Part shown: in pieces, positions 23,760-36,829 of the stretch
Layout of the letters: each line of letters begins with the position of its first letter
How positions within the stretch are numbered: the stretch's first letter is position 1
Assembly: GCF_030144855.1 (NCBI RefSeq)
Contig: NC_082730.1
Span: 13,330,001-13,394,000 of the forward strand
Direction of reading: 5' to 3'
Length of the DNA stretch: 64,000 bases
Source: Hypanus sabinus
Lineage: Eukaryota
Made by a program: the position numbers and the translations under genes
Notes under the pieces: model-generated
Told to the model about the DNA's origin: nothing
What the model saw: only the letters and a program-made list of their open reading frames with translations
Database searches by the model: none

Positions 23760-24530
23760 AAAAGTTTACTGTTTATGTTGTCGGATCTTTTATCTAATGG
23801 TTTTTCTGTAGAAGCAGTGTGTTCTGCTGGCAGTGCTTGGGATACCGTTAAAGACAAGAGATGATTAGGAATGTTGTGCCATCTAATCAGGAGGGTGAAA
23901 CTAGGAAAAGGGTCTGGAGAATGCTGGGAGAAATATTTTTGTAAAACTGAGGTGTGTTGAGATCCTTTTGGGCAGGAAATGGAGAGAGAAGGAGCCTGAG
24001 AGAACCAGATTGCAGATTTGATCTGGTTGGAATGCATTGTCCTATGGTACCCAAGAGGGGAAATTCTACCAGAGAGCGGTGAATATGAGTTGGTGCAGTG
24101 AGTACATTGGACACCAGGGCTTTTGGAAGATTGAAGTTCCACTTGTGTACATTTGACTGTTTATAATGGGTCCTTTTAATTTTTTTCTTTGTTTTCTTTA
24201 TTAACTCTGGTTAAGTTAACATTCATAAATATACTTTCTTTAAACTTGTATGCAGTGTATAATCTGTTATTTCTTGCTGACATTTGGATTGCTGGGGACA
24301 GTAAAGCACAAAGTATTCACACAAATGGGGGTTTTGTTTGACAGTATGTTCTAACTTAAGGGGTTTGGTGGGACCCAAGTCATAGTGATGTATTGAAACT
24401 GCGAAATCTGCAAATCTACCCTAGACATATTGAATCTGCAAAAAGTGGCTTTCTCAATACTGAATCCAGTGGCTGTTAGTGAGGGGCAAATGAGCCGCAT
24501 CTTTAAATACATTTGGTAAAAGGGGGTTTC
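23760..24530 (+). mobile_element. Partial or solo Gypsy LTR related to the LTR at about 31.2-32.5 kb
   Basis: Shares blocks such as gtgtacatttgactg, ttatttcttgctgaca, ggtgggacccaagtcata and ccagtggctgttag with 31760-32466. Confidence 0.6.
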
Positions 24531-24549
24531 ATAACTATCTATCAATCTA

Positions 24550-25250
24550 CAGTGGTTTCGAAAGTTTGTGAATCCTGAAGAATTTTCACTATTTCTGCAT
24601 AAATGTGATCTGATCTTTATGTGCGTCCGAAAACTAGATAAAGAGAACCCAATTAATTAAATAAATAAATAACGTTACACTTGTCCATTTTTATTGAAAA
24701 AAGATTCAATATTACCTGTATTTGCTGGAAAAAGTGTGTGAACATTTGCTTTCAGTAACAGGTGTGACCTCCTTGTACAGCAATAACTTCAAACAAATGT
24801 TTCCAGTAACTGTTGATCAGTCCTACACATCAGCTTGGAGGAGCTTTAGGTCATTCCTCTTTACAAAACTGCTTCAACTCTGGGATGTTGGTGGGCTTCC
24901 TTGCATGAACTGCTTGCTTCAAGTCATTCCACAACATTTCTATAGGGTTAAGGTCAGGACCTTGACTTGGCTATTCCAAAATGTGAATTTTCCTCTTTTT
25001 AAACCATTTTGTTAGTTTACTCTTGTAGAAGGCACTACCCCAGAAATTCACACTCTTTTTCCAACAAATAAATAAATGCAATATTTGATTATTTTTCTCA
25101 ATAAATAAATGAACAAATATAATGTTTTATGTGTTATTTATTTATGGTAATTGGGTTCTGCTTATCTAGTTTTAGGACTTCCATGAAGCTCTGGTTACAT
25201 TTTAGGTCATATTTATGCAGAAATAGAGAAAATTCTACAGGGTTCTCACA
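24550..25250 (-). mobile_element. Tc1-like deletion derivative
   Basis: TA followed by the TIR CAGTGGTTTCGAAAGTTTGTGAA at 24550. The minus-strand transposase C-terminus reads PSQGPDLNPIEMLWNDLKQAVHARKPTNIPELKQFCKEE. The right end is degenerate. Confidence 0.8.
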
Positions 25251-25922
25251 TTTTCTTTTTATCTATCCACTTATTTATCTATCCATTTACTTTTCAATTT
25301 ATTTATTTTTTGTATTTGCACAGTTTGTCTTCATATGCACATTGGTTGTTTGTCTTTGTGTGTGCTTTCTCATTGATTCAATTGTGTTTATTTGTATTTA
25401 CTGCAGATGCCTTAAAAAAATGAATCTCAGGGTGGGAAATGGAGATGCGTACATACTTTGATCTTTGATATGTTGCAAAGATGGAACTGAAGCAGAACAT
25501 ATGACTCTCGGTATGTCATCAACTATCAGTAACCCTGACATCTTCTTGCTGACAGCTGGCACAGATGAATTTCAGGGTAATGTATGCTTGTCCCACTGCC
25601 CTGTTCTCCCTAAGTCCATGTGTATGTGGATAAGTACAGCTCAACTGTCATCCATAAATTTTCAGACTACACTACTGTTGATGTGACTTGATAGAAGTGT
25701 ATAAGATGACAAGAGACATAGATCGAATATCCACAAGGGTTCTCCACTCACCTGAGCCATCCTACCATTCGCTGAGATATCATCTTATATTTTATGTTTA
25801 TGAAAATCATCTGAGTTCCCTCTGATGTTACCTCCCCTTCACTTTGCTTGTTACTCTTTACCTCGTCCAACACTGCCACTTTCTATCCTATTTTTGCGTT
25901 CCTTTTGTACTCTGTATCTTAC

Positions 25923-26027
25923 CTGTTTTCTCCTGTTAGTGGACAGCCAGGATCAGGCGACTCTGTTCCAAAGATGAGGAGTCCTATCCCAGTTTGCAGA
26001 ACAATTATCATTCTTCCATCAGTATCA
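25923..26027 (-). pseudogene. Putative third gene (C): frameshifted TM-like exon
   Basis: Acceptor gttttag|T and strong donor ACAG|gtaaga. It reads DTDGRMIIVLQTGIGLLIFGT, then in a shifted frame LILAVH*QEKT-G|. The end mirrors QKMKT-G| of the gene B TM exon; at 105 nt it is 2 nt short of the phase-2/1 geometry. Confidence 0.45.
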
Positions 26028-27844
26028 CTAAAACAGGTTTTCTGACCGTGAGACCTAGAGCGGAATTGTGGCATTCGGCTTATTTTGACAGGAGATGGAG
26101 TAGGCGCCACCATTCAATCATGGCTATTTATGATCCTTCCCAACACTGTTTTCCTCTTTTCTCCCCTAACCTTGACACCCTTACTAATCAAGAACCTTTC
26201 AACTTGCACTTTAAATCTACCCAGTGACTCAGTCCCTGGAACTACCCGTTCTAAGACTATTAAAAGGTCTCCCACTACAATAAAGAGGACTCTGGATTTC
26301 ACAATTCCACCATCTTCTGGCTGAAGAAATTCCTCCTCATCTCCATTCCAAACGGACATCCCTCTCTTCTGAGGCTGTGTCCTCTGGTCCTAGACACCAC
26401 CACTATAGAAAACAATTCTTCTAAACTTCAGCGAATAGAGGCCCAGAGAGATTAAATGCTTCTCATATGTTAACTCTCTGATTCCTGGGATAATTCTCAC
26501 CAACCCTCTCTGATGCCACCACAACCTTTCTTAGATAAGCTGGCTCAATTGTTGGTCATTAATGAAGTTTGTGGGAGCTTGCTGTGTGCAAATTTGCTGT
26601 TGAGTTTCTTGTGTTTCAACAGTGACCACACTTCAAAAGTATTTTATTTGTAAACTATTTTAGTAATATTCTGAAAGGGATGTGGAAGGCACAATAGAAA
26701 TAAAAATCTTAATCTTCCTTCATCATTTCATCTCACTCATTGATGGCTTCTCATGGATTAGAACTCTGCTGGGAATTAAAATTGCAAGCGAACACAACCG
26801 TGGCCAGTCTAATCTCCATCTAAACTCAGAAGAAAATATTTCCACACCTGATTCAGAAATGTTTAGAGAAAATTGGAGTGGAAAACCTGATAGGTTGTGC
26901 AATATTACTTCCTTTGACAACAAACAAAGGAAGTCACACTGACACATGTCATGCAGATCGTATCAAGTACAACCATGCCTAAGCCTGACCCACAAACACA
27001 AGAGAGTTTTCAGATGCTGGAGATCCGGAGCAACACACATAAAATGTTGAAGGAACAAAGCAGGTTAGGTAGCATCAATTGGAGGAATAAAGACTTGACG
27101 CTTCTGGCCAAAACTCTTCATGAATCCTGATGAAGGGTGTTGGTCCAAAACATTGACTCTTTATTCTTCTCCATGGATGCTGCCTGACCTGCTGAGTTCA
27201 TCCAGCATTTTGCGTGCGTTACTAAGCCTAACCCAAATGTTTTAGCAGAAAATACACCAACTCGAATTGAACCTAACTTATATAGTCAGGTATGCATCAA
27301 GTAGGTATAATCTGATCTGGAATTCCATTCTTATCCCCTTGTCATTATCAGCTTTTAATAATGCATTAAAAATCATCTTTTTAAACAAAATTAATTGTTT
27401 CCCATCCGATCCTTGCTCCTTTGTCTTACAATTAGATTTGCATCTCTGATTTTCAGTGAAGAACAACCACTTTATAATTTAGTAGCTGTGTGCTGTCTAT
27501 CCATGTATATGCATATACAAATTTGAATTCACCGTGAGTAACATTACCGAGGAGAAGTTCAGTATTCTAGTGATGGGGCTTTGGATTAGTGATGGATCAC
27601 CAATTTATACTGATCGCCCATTCCCACCATAGTCCAAGGATGTGCTGGTGGCAGCCTGCAAGTTGCGCCATGCGTCCAGCACCAACATAACATGCCCACA
27701 ACTTACTAACCCTAACTCGTACATCTTTGAAATGTGGGAAGAAACCAGAGCATCCAGAGGAAACCCAAGTGATCATGTCTTACTGACAGTGGCGGGAATT
27801 GAACCCAGACTGCCGGGTTTGTAGAGTGTTACACTAATTGTTAG

Positions 27845-28450
27845 CATGCATTTCAAGAGGACTAGAATGTAAAACCAAGGATGTAATGTTGAGACTTTAT
27901 AAAGCACTGTGAGGCCTCACTTGGAGTATCATGAGCAGTTTTGGGTCTCTCAAAAAGGACATACTGAAACTGGAGAGGGTTTAAAGGAGGTTCCCAGAAA
28001 TGATTCCAGGATTGAATGGCTTATCATATGAAGAGCATTTGATGGCTCTGGGCCTGTATTCACCAGAATTCGGAAGAATGAGGAGTGACTTAACTGAAGT
28101 CAATTGCCTTGACAGAGTGGCTATGGAGAGGATGTTTCCTCTGGTGGGGAAGTGTAAGATCAGAGCACACAGTCTTCGAATAGAGGGGTGCCCTTTTAGA
28201 ACAGGGAGGAGCAGGGATTTCTTTAGCCAGAGAGTGGTGAATCTGGAATTCATTGCCACAGGCAGCTGTGGAGGCCAAGTCTTAAGGCAGAGTTTAATAA
28301 ATTTTTGATTGGCCAGGGTATGGAGTGGGGGAAGCAAGGCAAGAGATTCGGGCTGAGAAGGAAAATGGATCAGCCATGATGAAATGGTATAGTAGTCTGC
28401 ATGGGCCAAATAGTCTAATTCTGCTCCTATATCTTATGATCTTATGGTCT
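27845..28450 (+). mobile_element. CR1 3' fragment
   Basis: MIPGLNGLSYEEHLMALGLYSPEF.RMR.DL motif followed by a (cttatg)n tail. Confidence 0.85.
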
Positions 28451-29289
28451 TATTACCATGCTGCTCTTATATTGCTACTCTTCACTTGGTGCCCTTGTGG
28501 ACACCAAGGAATTTAAAACTACTGTCCCTTTCTATTTCTGTTCTATTGAGAACTGCCTCATTGACCTCAAGCTTCTTCCTCCTAGCCTAGGTCTCCCACT
28601 TCCTCATAAATTAACACATATCTTTGTAACAAGGCATAGAGTACAAGTAATTCACATAATCCTGTTTCGTAACCTGCTGCAGGCATGTTAACCAAGTTCT
28701 TGACAGACTTCATCCAAAGGTCAACACTCTTACTGTGAAAGGATGTTGCCAACAATAGGAACTGAATTAGTGGCTTGATCTTGAAACATGTTTTTTTAAT
28801 TTGTTATTTGAGATTTATTTTCCATATTAAACTCCATTAAAGTAGAAGATTGCCTTCAGGAACTTAACACAGAAAACTGATGCTGGTGCAGCTGGTATTT
28901 TGGATATTTTGTACAGTCCTCTTGCAGTTGTAATGTGGTGGTTGTTATACGACTACCTGTGGCATCGTGAAGGACAGATTGAAGGGCCATCCACATTGTT
29001 GCAGACCTGGAGTTACGTGTAGATAAGATTTGATGTTGAAATTGGTTTTGTTATTATCACAAACACCGAGGCATTGTAAGAAAAACTTTGCTTTGGATTC
29101 CACCCATACAGATAATTTAATTTGCACAGTTCTTTGAGGTACTATAAAGGAGAAGCTTTAATATTTTGCAGAATAATGCATTACAGTTTTAGAGAAAGGG
29201 CAGTGCAGACAATAGGGTGCACGGCCACAATGAGGTAGATTGTAAAGTCCAGAGTCCATCCCATTGTTGTAGGAGAACTTACAATAGCT

Positions 29290-31200
29290 TTAAATGAACA
29301 GGATCTTGTGGGCAAATGTGCTGTCGCTGGAAAACAAAATTAAGGATCGGAGGGCAAGATTGCTCTACCAGAGGCAGATGAGAAACATCTCAATTGAAAA
29401 ATGCCGGTTGCAGCACTCAGACCAGAAGAATTTACAACTTACAGAATGGACTGAAGTGTGGACTCGGGTAAGGCAAAGGGAGGAGGTGTGTGTTTTATGG
29501 TCAGTTCCTGTTGCTGCTCCAATGTGGCTTCCCAATCAGAAGTTTTGGATGAATCACGAAGTCCAGAATTTGCTGAGGGCCAGGTCAGAGGCTTTCAAGC
29601 CTGGAGACCAAGAGATCTACAAGAGGTGCAAGTATGATCTCCGGAGAGCCATCTGACAGGCAAAGTGGAGAGTCCCGAACAAACTTTAATCAATACGTGA
29701 TACTCAACTGCTGTGGCAGGGTTTGAATGCTATCACCTTCTACAAAGTTAAATCAACATCATGGGAGACCGCAGGGTTTCACTTTCAGATGATCACATTG
29801 CCTTCTGTGCTCGCTTTGACTGCCAGAACAAGGAGGAACCATTGCAAACCCCACATTTCCTGATGATCATTTGACCTCAGTATCTGAAGCTGACATGCAG
29901 GCTGCCTTCAGGAGGATGAATCCAAGGAAAGCCTCCAAACTAGATGGGGTACCTGGTCGAGTACTAAAGACTTGTGCTGACCATCTGGCTGGTGATTTTA
30001 CTGAGATGTTTAACCTCTCACTTCAGTGTGTGTGGTACCCATCTGCTTCACCAGGCTTCAATTACTGTATACTGGTGCTCAAGAAGAGTATGGTAACCTG
30101 CCTCGATGACTGTCACCATGACAAAAGGTCTTGAGAGACTGGTGATGAAACATATCAGCTGCTGCCTGAGAGTTGAGTGGATCACTTCAGTTGCTTAATG
30201 GAGCAACAGATCCATAGCAGATGTCATCTCATTGGCTCTTCATTCACTCCTGGAACTCCCAGATAGGCAAGAGGCATACATCAGGATGCTCTTTATTGAT
30301 TACAGCTCGGCATTCAGTACCTTCATCCCTTAAAACTAATCAATAAGCTCCAAAACCTTGCCCAAGGATTGGTCCAATAGCATTCTCAAGTTTGCTGATG
30401 ACACCACTGTAGTGGTTAGAATCAAAGGCGGTGATGTACCAGCACACTGGAGTGAGATTGAAAATTTGGCTGAGGGGTGTCATAACAACGTTCTCTCACT
30501 CAATGTCAGCATGTACAAAGGACTGGTTATAGACTTCAGGAGAGGGAAAACAGGGGTCCTCATCAGAGGATCAGAGGTGGAGTGGGTTAGCAACTTTAAA
30601 ATCCTGGGTGTTCCTATTTCAGAGGATCTGTCCTGGACCCAGCATGTAAATGCAATTGTGAAGAGAGCATGGCAGTGGGTCTACTTCCTTTGGAGACTGC
30701 GGAGATTCAGCATGACATCTAAAACTTTGACAAGCTTCTACAGGGTGTATTGACTGGCTGCATCACGGCCTGGTATGGAAACACCAATGCCTTTGAATGG
30801 AATATCATACAAATGGTTATGGATTCAGCCCAGTACATCATGGGTAAACTCCACTCAGCCATTGAACACATCTCCATGAAACACTGCACTGCAGCAACAA
30901 TCATCAGAGATGCCCATCACACAGGCCATGCTATTTTCTCGCTGCTGCCATTAGGTAGAAGGTACAAGAGCCTCAGGACTTGCAATACCAGCTTCAAGAA
31001 CAGCTATTTCCCCTCAACCATCAGGCTTTTGAACAAAAAGGCATAACTCCACTCACTTGTACATCAATTGAGATGTTCCCACACTCAATGATCTCACTTT
31101 AAGGATTCTTTATCTTGTTTTCCCATGTTCTCATTATTTATTGCTATTTATTTATATTTCTGTTTGTACAGTTTTTTGTCTTCTGCACTCTGGTTGATCT
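29290..31200 (+). mobile_element. Degenerate Rex1/Babar-type LINE
   Basis: Endonuclease start ANVLSLENKI.D.RARLLYQR, RT motif FADDTTVV.RI.GGD, and C-terminal YFL.RLRRF...FYR and RFKNSY(F)PSTIRLLN. Confidence 0.82.
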
Positions 31201-31232
31201 TCCACTGACCTTGTTATAGACACTACTCTATT

Positions 31233-34200
31233 TGTAATGCCCTGGTTAATATTTCTACAGAAATGATGTGAGGTATTTTATTTTAGCAGTTTCAGTAAAA
31301 GATGGTAACCGTGCGTCCTGCTTGTAAGAGTGTTTTGGCTTCGGCTACAGATAAGAAGCCATGTTGTCCAACTTAAGAACATTGTGTCAGCCAATCAGGA
31401 TTGTGGGATATAAAGAAGGTTCAAGAGAGCTGGGTGGGAAGAGATTTCTGAAGGACAGTAGTCTGGTTTGGGGTCACAGAAGGAAAGATGCCGCATGATG
31501 CAGTTGAGATGAGAATCCCAGTTCATTTGAGATGGTCTTTGAGGGAAATTTGGACTATGGCAGGTGTTTTCATGCAGACAGTGGGTTCAGCACGTGAGTA
31601 AAGTGATACACCCCCCAGCTACTCTAGAAATAAGGTCCAATGTTTACGTACACATTGGTCTAGTTTAACTGCAATGGACCCATTTACTTTTCTTTTCCTT
31701 TTCTTCTGTAACTGTATGTCAGGATTTTACTGCTAATGCTGTGGGATATTTCATTTCATTGCTTTCTGCAGAACTAGTGTGTTCTACTGGTAATGTTTAA
31801 GTTACAGATAAGGGGTTGTGATGTTCTGCTTAGCAATATTGGGTCAGCCATTCAGATGGTGGAATTGGGAGAAGGTTCTCAATAAAGCTGGGTGGAGAAT
31901 TATTGCGCTGGACACTAAGGGGACCAAGGCCTTATTTTGGTGGGAGTTGGAGGGATAAGATTGAGAGAATTGGTGGTAGCATTCAATACAACTGGAATTC
32001 GCGATTTCATGGAGTCCAAGATGGAAAGTTCTATCGGTGATCAGTGAATAGGAGATGGTGTCACGAGTACGTGGGCACGTCAAGCTTTTGAAAGACCTGA
32101 GCTCCAACTCTGTGCACATTTGACTGTTTTAATTATAACTGGCCCTTTTGTTTGTTTCATTTTTTTCTTTTCTTCTTTAATAACTGTTTGATTAAGTGAC
32201 ATTCATAAATACACATTTCTAATTGTACGCAGTGTATGACGTGTTATTTCTTGCTGACAGGTATTTGCATGTGGGCAGCATTTGAACAGTAATTGATCAG
32301 ATTGGGGTGTGGGTTCTTGAAACATCCTGGCCCTCCTGGTCTGGTGGGTCCCAAGTCATACGTACCCTAGACGTACAGATTTTGAGAAAGGAGGTTTTCT
32401 CCAGTGGCTGTTAGCAAGGGACTAACAAGCAGCATCTCTAGAGACGCCCAGTAAAAAGGCATCTCATTGTGGGGGCTATTGTTGGCAATCTGATTCGCTA
32501 ATACTGTGCATTTGCTGTAAGAATTGATGAAGTGGTTTGTATGTTTAAGCCTGAGTATAAACTAGTTCGCGGGAAAGGATTAAGATGAGTAATTATGGAC
32601 GCTGTAGAGATTAAGCTTTGGTGCAATTCAAAGAGATGACCCACGACAAATACTTGTGTTCTGAGCGGGGTTGATATCCACAGCCCAGACGAATTGTTGC
32701 TTAGAGTTTTGAGTACTGTTAAAGTATTAGGGAGAGTTATCCTTGTTGAATGGTGCTTTGATTGGATAGTAAGGATGTTGTGTTAGTCCAGACTAGTAAG
32801 GACGTGACGGGAGTAGATTGGGGCAGCTAGAGAAGCAAGGCCATGGGCTGTCCATACTTTTAGAGAAGGGAGAGTGTAGAATTTGAAGCCAAGTTTCCCG
32901 CAGCTGAGGGCGGAGACATTAAAGACAAGTTTTTCTCGTTTCTGCAGAATGAGGGGAAGGAGTTGTCCGATGTGAAAGGTTTAATGAGCCCTTCAGCGAG
33001 TGGGGGAAATTCTGAGCTGGTATCAGCAATTCCATTCCTGGTGGATAAATGGCAAAGTGCACCGGCACAGGATCTGCTGTGTGCATACATCTACTGATGT
33101 ATGATCTTCCTGGAATCATCAACGTTATCGTAGGCTGAGAATGTTCTCGGGACTGAAGCCCACCCCGAGGGGGAGGAGGAATATGAGACTTGGGTGGAGT
33201 GGACATATCAATTGCTGGGTGAGTGGCAGTGCTCAGATGATAATGAAAAGACAACTGGTAGAGAGTCTAAAAGATCCAGCTGCTGAGGTGATGCAGTCCT
33301 TAAAGGCAGAGAACCCATTTGCCACTACTGCGGTCTACATCCAAGCGCTTTTTTCACAACGGACAGTCCAACGGGGCTTATAATGAGGCTCAGGTGCATG
33401 TTCCGGGAGAAAGGGGAGAAACTTCCTGCCTACATTTTTTGGCTAGAGAGACAGCTGCTTTGCTTGTGTCCTAAAGGGGCCATTCCCCAGGCTGATATGA
33501 ATCAATTAAGGATGGGCCAAGTGGCGAAAGGTGCACAGTCACGTGACGTGATTGCTTTAAGCCTCTCAATGTCTCATAGTACGTGTCCACCCCCCCTGTT
33601 TTTTGAGCTGATTAGGGAGGTAAGAGAGGAGGAAAATATGATGGAGGACCGGGAGGCCTCCATCAGCAGTGTGCAGTCCCCGGTGGTAACCCCTGTTGGT
33701 GAAGCAACCCCTGATGCCATACAAGTGGGCGCTTTGCAGGATTTTGTGGAAGATTTGAGAGCCAAGGTGTCTTGGTTGATATCAGCAGATGCTGCCACTG
33801 TAGTGATGCACCATCAATAACTCACTCTGAGACGTAAAGGTGAGATATCGGCTTTTATTGACTGGAAGAAAGAACAAGCAGTGAGTGACCACCATACTGG
33901 AGACTGAGAGGCCGGGCTCAGGCTTTGATTGCCTTTATACAGGGGTCTGTGGGAGGAGCCATAGGAGTAGTCAGCAGGGGGTGTGTCCAGACAGGTATAT
34001 GTAGTTCACCACATGTGGTTGGAGGCACTGCTCCTCCCTCAGTCTCCAGGATGTTGTGTGGTGGTCTCTTGCTGCAGATGGTGCTTTCTTCCAGCCAATA
34101 AAAGCCTATCTCAACTCACGTCTCCGAGAGTTATTGATGGTGCATCAGCCACCAAGCACGACAAGGCCGATAGGGAGCCAGACCACTGGTGGGACATAAT

Positions 34201-36330
34201 AAGGAGAGGGCTGCTACTGGGCCGGGTCCTGTGACTAAGAGAGCGACTGGTATTTTCTGTTACAACTGTGGTGAGGATGGTCACTTCAAGCCGGAAGTAT
34301 GAAGGACGGGAAAACCTTCGGAAAGTGAGCCAACGGTTACTGAAACAGAAGGCCAAGTTGGGGAACTTCAGGGAGACCCAGTGAGGACATGGCCTGGTGT
34401 CTTGGAGGGAACACCTTCCAATCAAGGGACAACCCAAGTGCGAAACCCTATTCCTGAAGGCTCAGTGGGGCCAAGCTCCAGTGTATCCATGCGGATTGAG
34501 GATATTTATGCTCGAGCCATACTTGACACAGGCTCTTGAGTTACTCTATTGTACTGATCCCTCTACAACTGGTATTTGACGCATTTACCATCGATGCCAC
34601 TCTGTGCCCTGGAGCTTTGGAATTTTAGTACTGATGACTAACTGTATGATGTTTACCTGTTGTTGAAGCTGGGTTTTTCAGAAGCAGATGCTGGAGAATC
34701 TGAGGCCTTCGATATGACTATCTAGATCTGGTTGAGAAGGGTGGAGCTTCGATTCTTGTGGGAAGAAGTTGTGAGGAGACTAGTGGGAGCCTGCAAGGAG
34801 AGAATTGGAGAGAGTTTTCTGAAGACTTTGTCCACTGACTCGGTGTTCAGAGCTGTTTGTGAGGAAGTGTAAGCCTATCCTAGGCTGGATGATGAGCACA
34901 AACGAGGAACTGTGTGGTACATCCACTCCAAACCTGTCATATTATGGCCTGGGGAAGAAGTTAGAGTGACCAGGATGCCTGATGCTGAGGCCCTCTGGGG
35001 GATGCTCTGGAAGATCACAAAGAGGAGTTATGTTTACTTGCTGGGGTACTGGTGAGGGCTGAAATGCAGAAACTGCTGGCTGTATACATTATCAGCAAGA
35101 CAACAATCGTCAGGAACACCTTGGTGACAGGTTACCCTCAAGCACATCTTTTCCCAGTGATGGTAATGTCTAACCTTCCTTTGAGAAAACCAGGAGACGG
35201 ACAATGTCCTGGATCAGGAAAGTTGATAGCCAAGTCTTTCAACTTTGGTGACTCCCCAGTACCGGAGAGTTGGAGAAGGAAACTGATAGAGAAGATGTTA
35301 AAGATCGAGGATGTCTTTTCTACTGTTGAGTTTGATGTGGGTTGCTCCAAGAGTACTCACCGCACCATCCACGTGACAGAGGACTGACTCCCTGTTCAGA
35401 GAAAGGTCTCAATGATTAGCACCAGCAGAGGTGGATATTTGGCAGCATCTGCTGAAACTGAGCGAAACTGGGATTATCACTGAGTCGCAGAATCCCTATG
35501 TGTCCTCCATAGTGGTGGTGAGGAAAAAGAACGGGAAGACATGAATGTGTGTGACCATTGGACGCTGAACCGACACACAGTTCCTGACCAGTATACTGTT
35601 CCATGGATTGAGGATGTGCTGGCCTGCCCGAGTGGAGTAAAATGGATCAGTGTGGTAAACCTAAGGAGTGGGTATTATCAGATATTGAATATTGAATCAG
35701 CTTCTGTATAGTTACCCTCCCTTGGGGAAGAAAGAGAGGGGGACGAAAGGAGAAGATTGTAAAGTTTACCTTTGACCTTTGGAGCCTTTTGGAGCAAGAT
35801 GGGATGAAAAATTGTGAAGAGGCCTTCCAGATGCTGTAGGAGCTGCTGTGTTGGCCTTTGCAAAACCCAATTGCCATCTGTACTGCACACAAGACACCAG
35901 GCAATAGGACCTAGGGGGTGTTTTATTTCGTTGAAAACTGTCATTTTAGTCAGCTGTAGTCTGTCACCCTCTGAGTGAAACTACCCCATGCGCAAATTGG
36001 AGCTTCTGGCATTGAAATGGGCTGCGGTGGATAAGTTCAGTGACTATATGGTGCCAAGTTCGAAGTGAGGACTGACAACAATCTATTGAATAATACCCCG
36101 ATCTCAGCGAAATTGGATGCCACAGGCCATCGTTGGTTGGCAGCGATGTCTGCCTGTGATTTTGGGTTATTAGCTGGGGTGCCAGAATATCGATGGGGAT
36201 GCATTGTTCCAATGTTCGCATGAAGGGCTGGAAATGGATGGAGAGTGGGAAAGCATTCCTGCCTCTGGAGTTAAAGCAAGAGCCAGTTTTCTACCACAGG
36301 GAACTCAGAGCCAAGGCCAGGGCAGGATAG
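31233..36330 (+). mobile_element. Degenerate Gypsy element with PNMA/Ma-type gag, protease, RT and RNase H
   Basis: LTR of about 1.2 kb ending near 32466, followed by a tRNA-Pro-like PBS (TGGGGGCT). Gag FSGLKPTP.GEEEY.TW..LVESLKDPAA..ELIREVREEE; zinc knuckle FCYNCGEDGH at about 34255; protease AILDTGS at about 34520; RT GIITESQNPYVSSIVVVRKKNG and SGYYQI; RNase H KLELLALKWA. No integrase or 3' LTR is seen. Confidence 0.85.
33799..34013 (-). mobile_element. 215-bp TG..CA solo-LTR-like insert interrupting the Gypsy gag
   Basis: TGTAGTGA...TCACCACA termini with AATAAA on the minus strand. Removing it restores gag GCC ACT GTG GTT GGA. No TSD is visible. Confidence 0.6.
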
Positions 36331-36465
36331 AGCAGTGGATCATTCGAGAGCTTCTGGTTGTGCCATTGCACAAGCCTACTGCAACTTGACCACTCTGAAT
36401 ATGAAGCAGTTGCCTGCCTCGGGTCCTGGGGAAGTGGCGGCAGATCACTGAGATGACCCTTGTAA

Positions 36466-36663
36466 TTGAAGTTAATAACTCATCGGGGTGATTGATAGGT
36501 TTGTGGCCTAAGGTTGAAGGAGATGAGTTATTAACTTCAAACATTCTGCATAATCACTCAAAAAGTTGACCTGTATGTGCATGTAACAAGAGCTGTATAA
36601 CTCATCTCCTTCTACCTTAGGCCACAAACTTATCAATCAGCCCTGATGAGTTATTAACTTCAA
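36466..36663. repeat. Nested inverted repeat (hairpin-in-hairpin)
   Basis: Arms of about 66 bp (36466-36531 and 36597-36663) differ at about 4 positions. A perfect 19-bp inverted repeat (TTGAAGTTAATAACTCATC) spans 36466-36540. Confidence 0.85.
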
Positions 36664-36829
36664 ACCCATCTGTGGACACTTTCTGGGGGTCCAAGATCCA
36701 TATGCTCCACGACCACTGGACTAAGTGTGTAAATGTAGGAGGGGACTATGTCGAAAAATAAATGTGCTAGGTTTTCTAAAGTTGACTCCTTCTACCTTAG
36801 GCCACAAACTTATCAATCACTCTTCGTAA

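Noticed and set aside
26903-26927. 25-nt phase-1/2 micro-exon (SNIAQPI)
   Set aside because: The donor GTTTTC is too weak and there is no homology to S1 or S2.
28860-29006. Thr-rich stretch after an AG as the stalk of gene C
   Set aside because: The S/T-rich reading is not in the required phase and there is no matching donor.
33383-33820. 145-aa ORF as a domesticated PNMA-like gene
   Set aside because: It is embedded in a frameshifted Gypsy and interrupted by an insertion.
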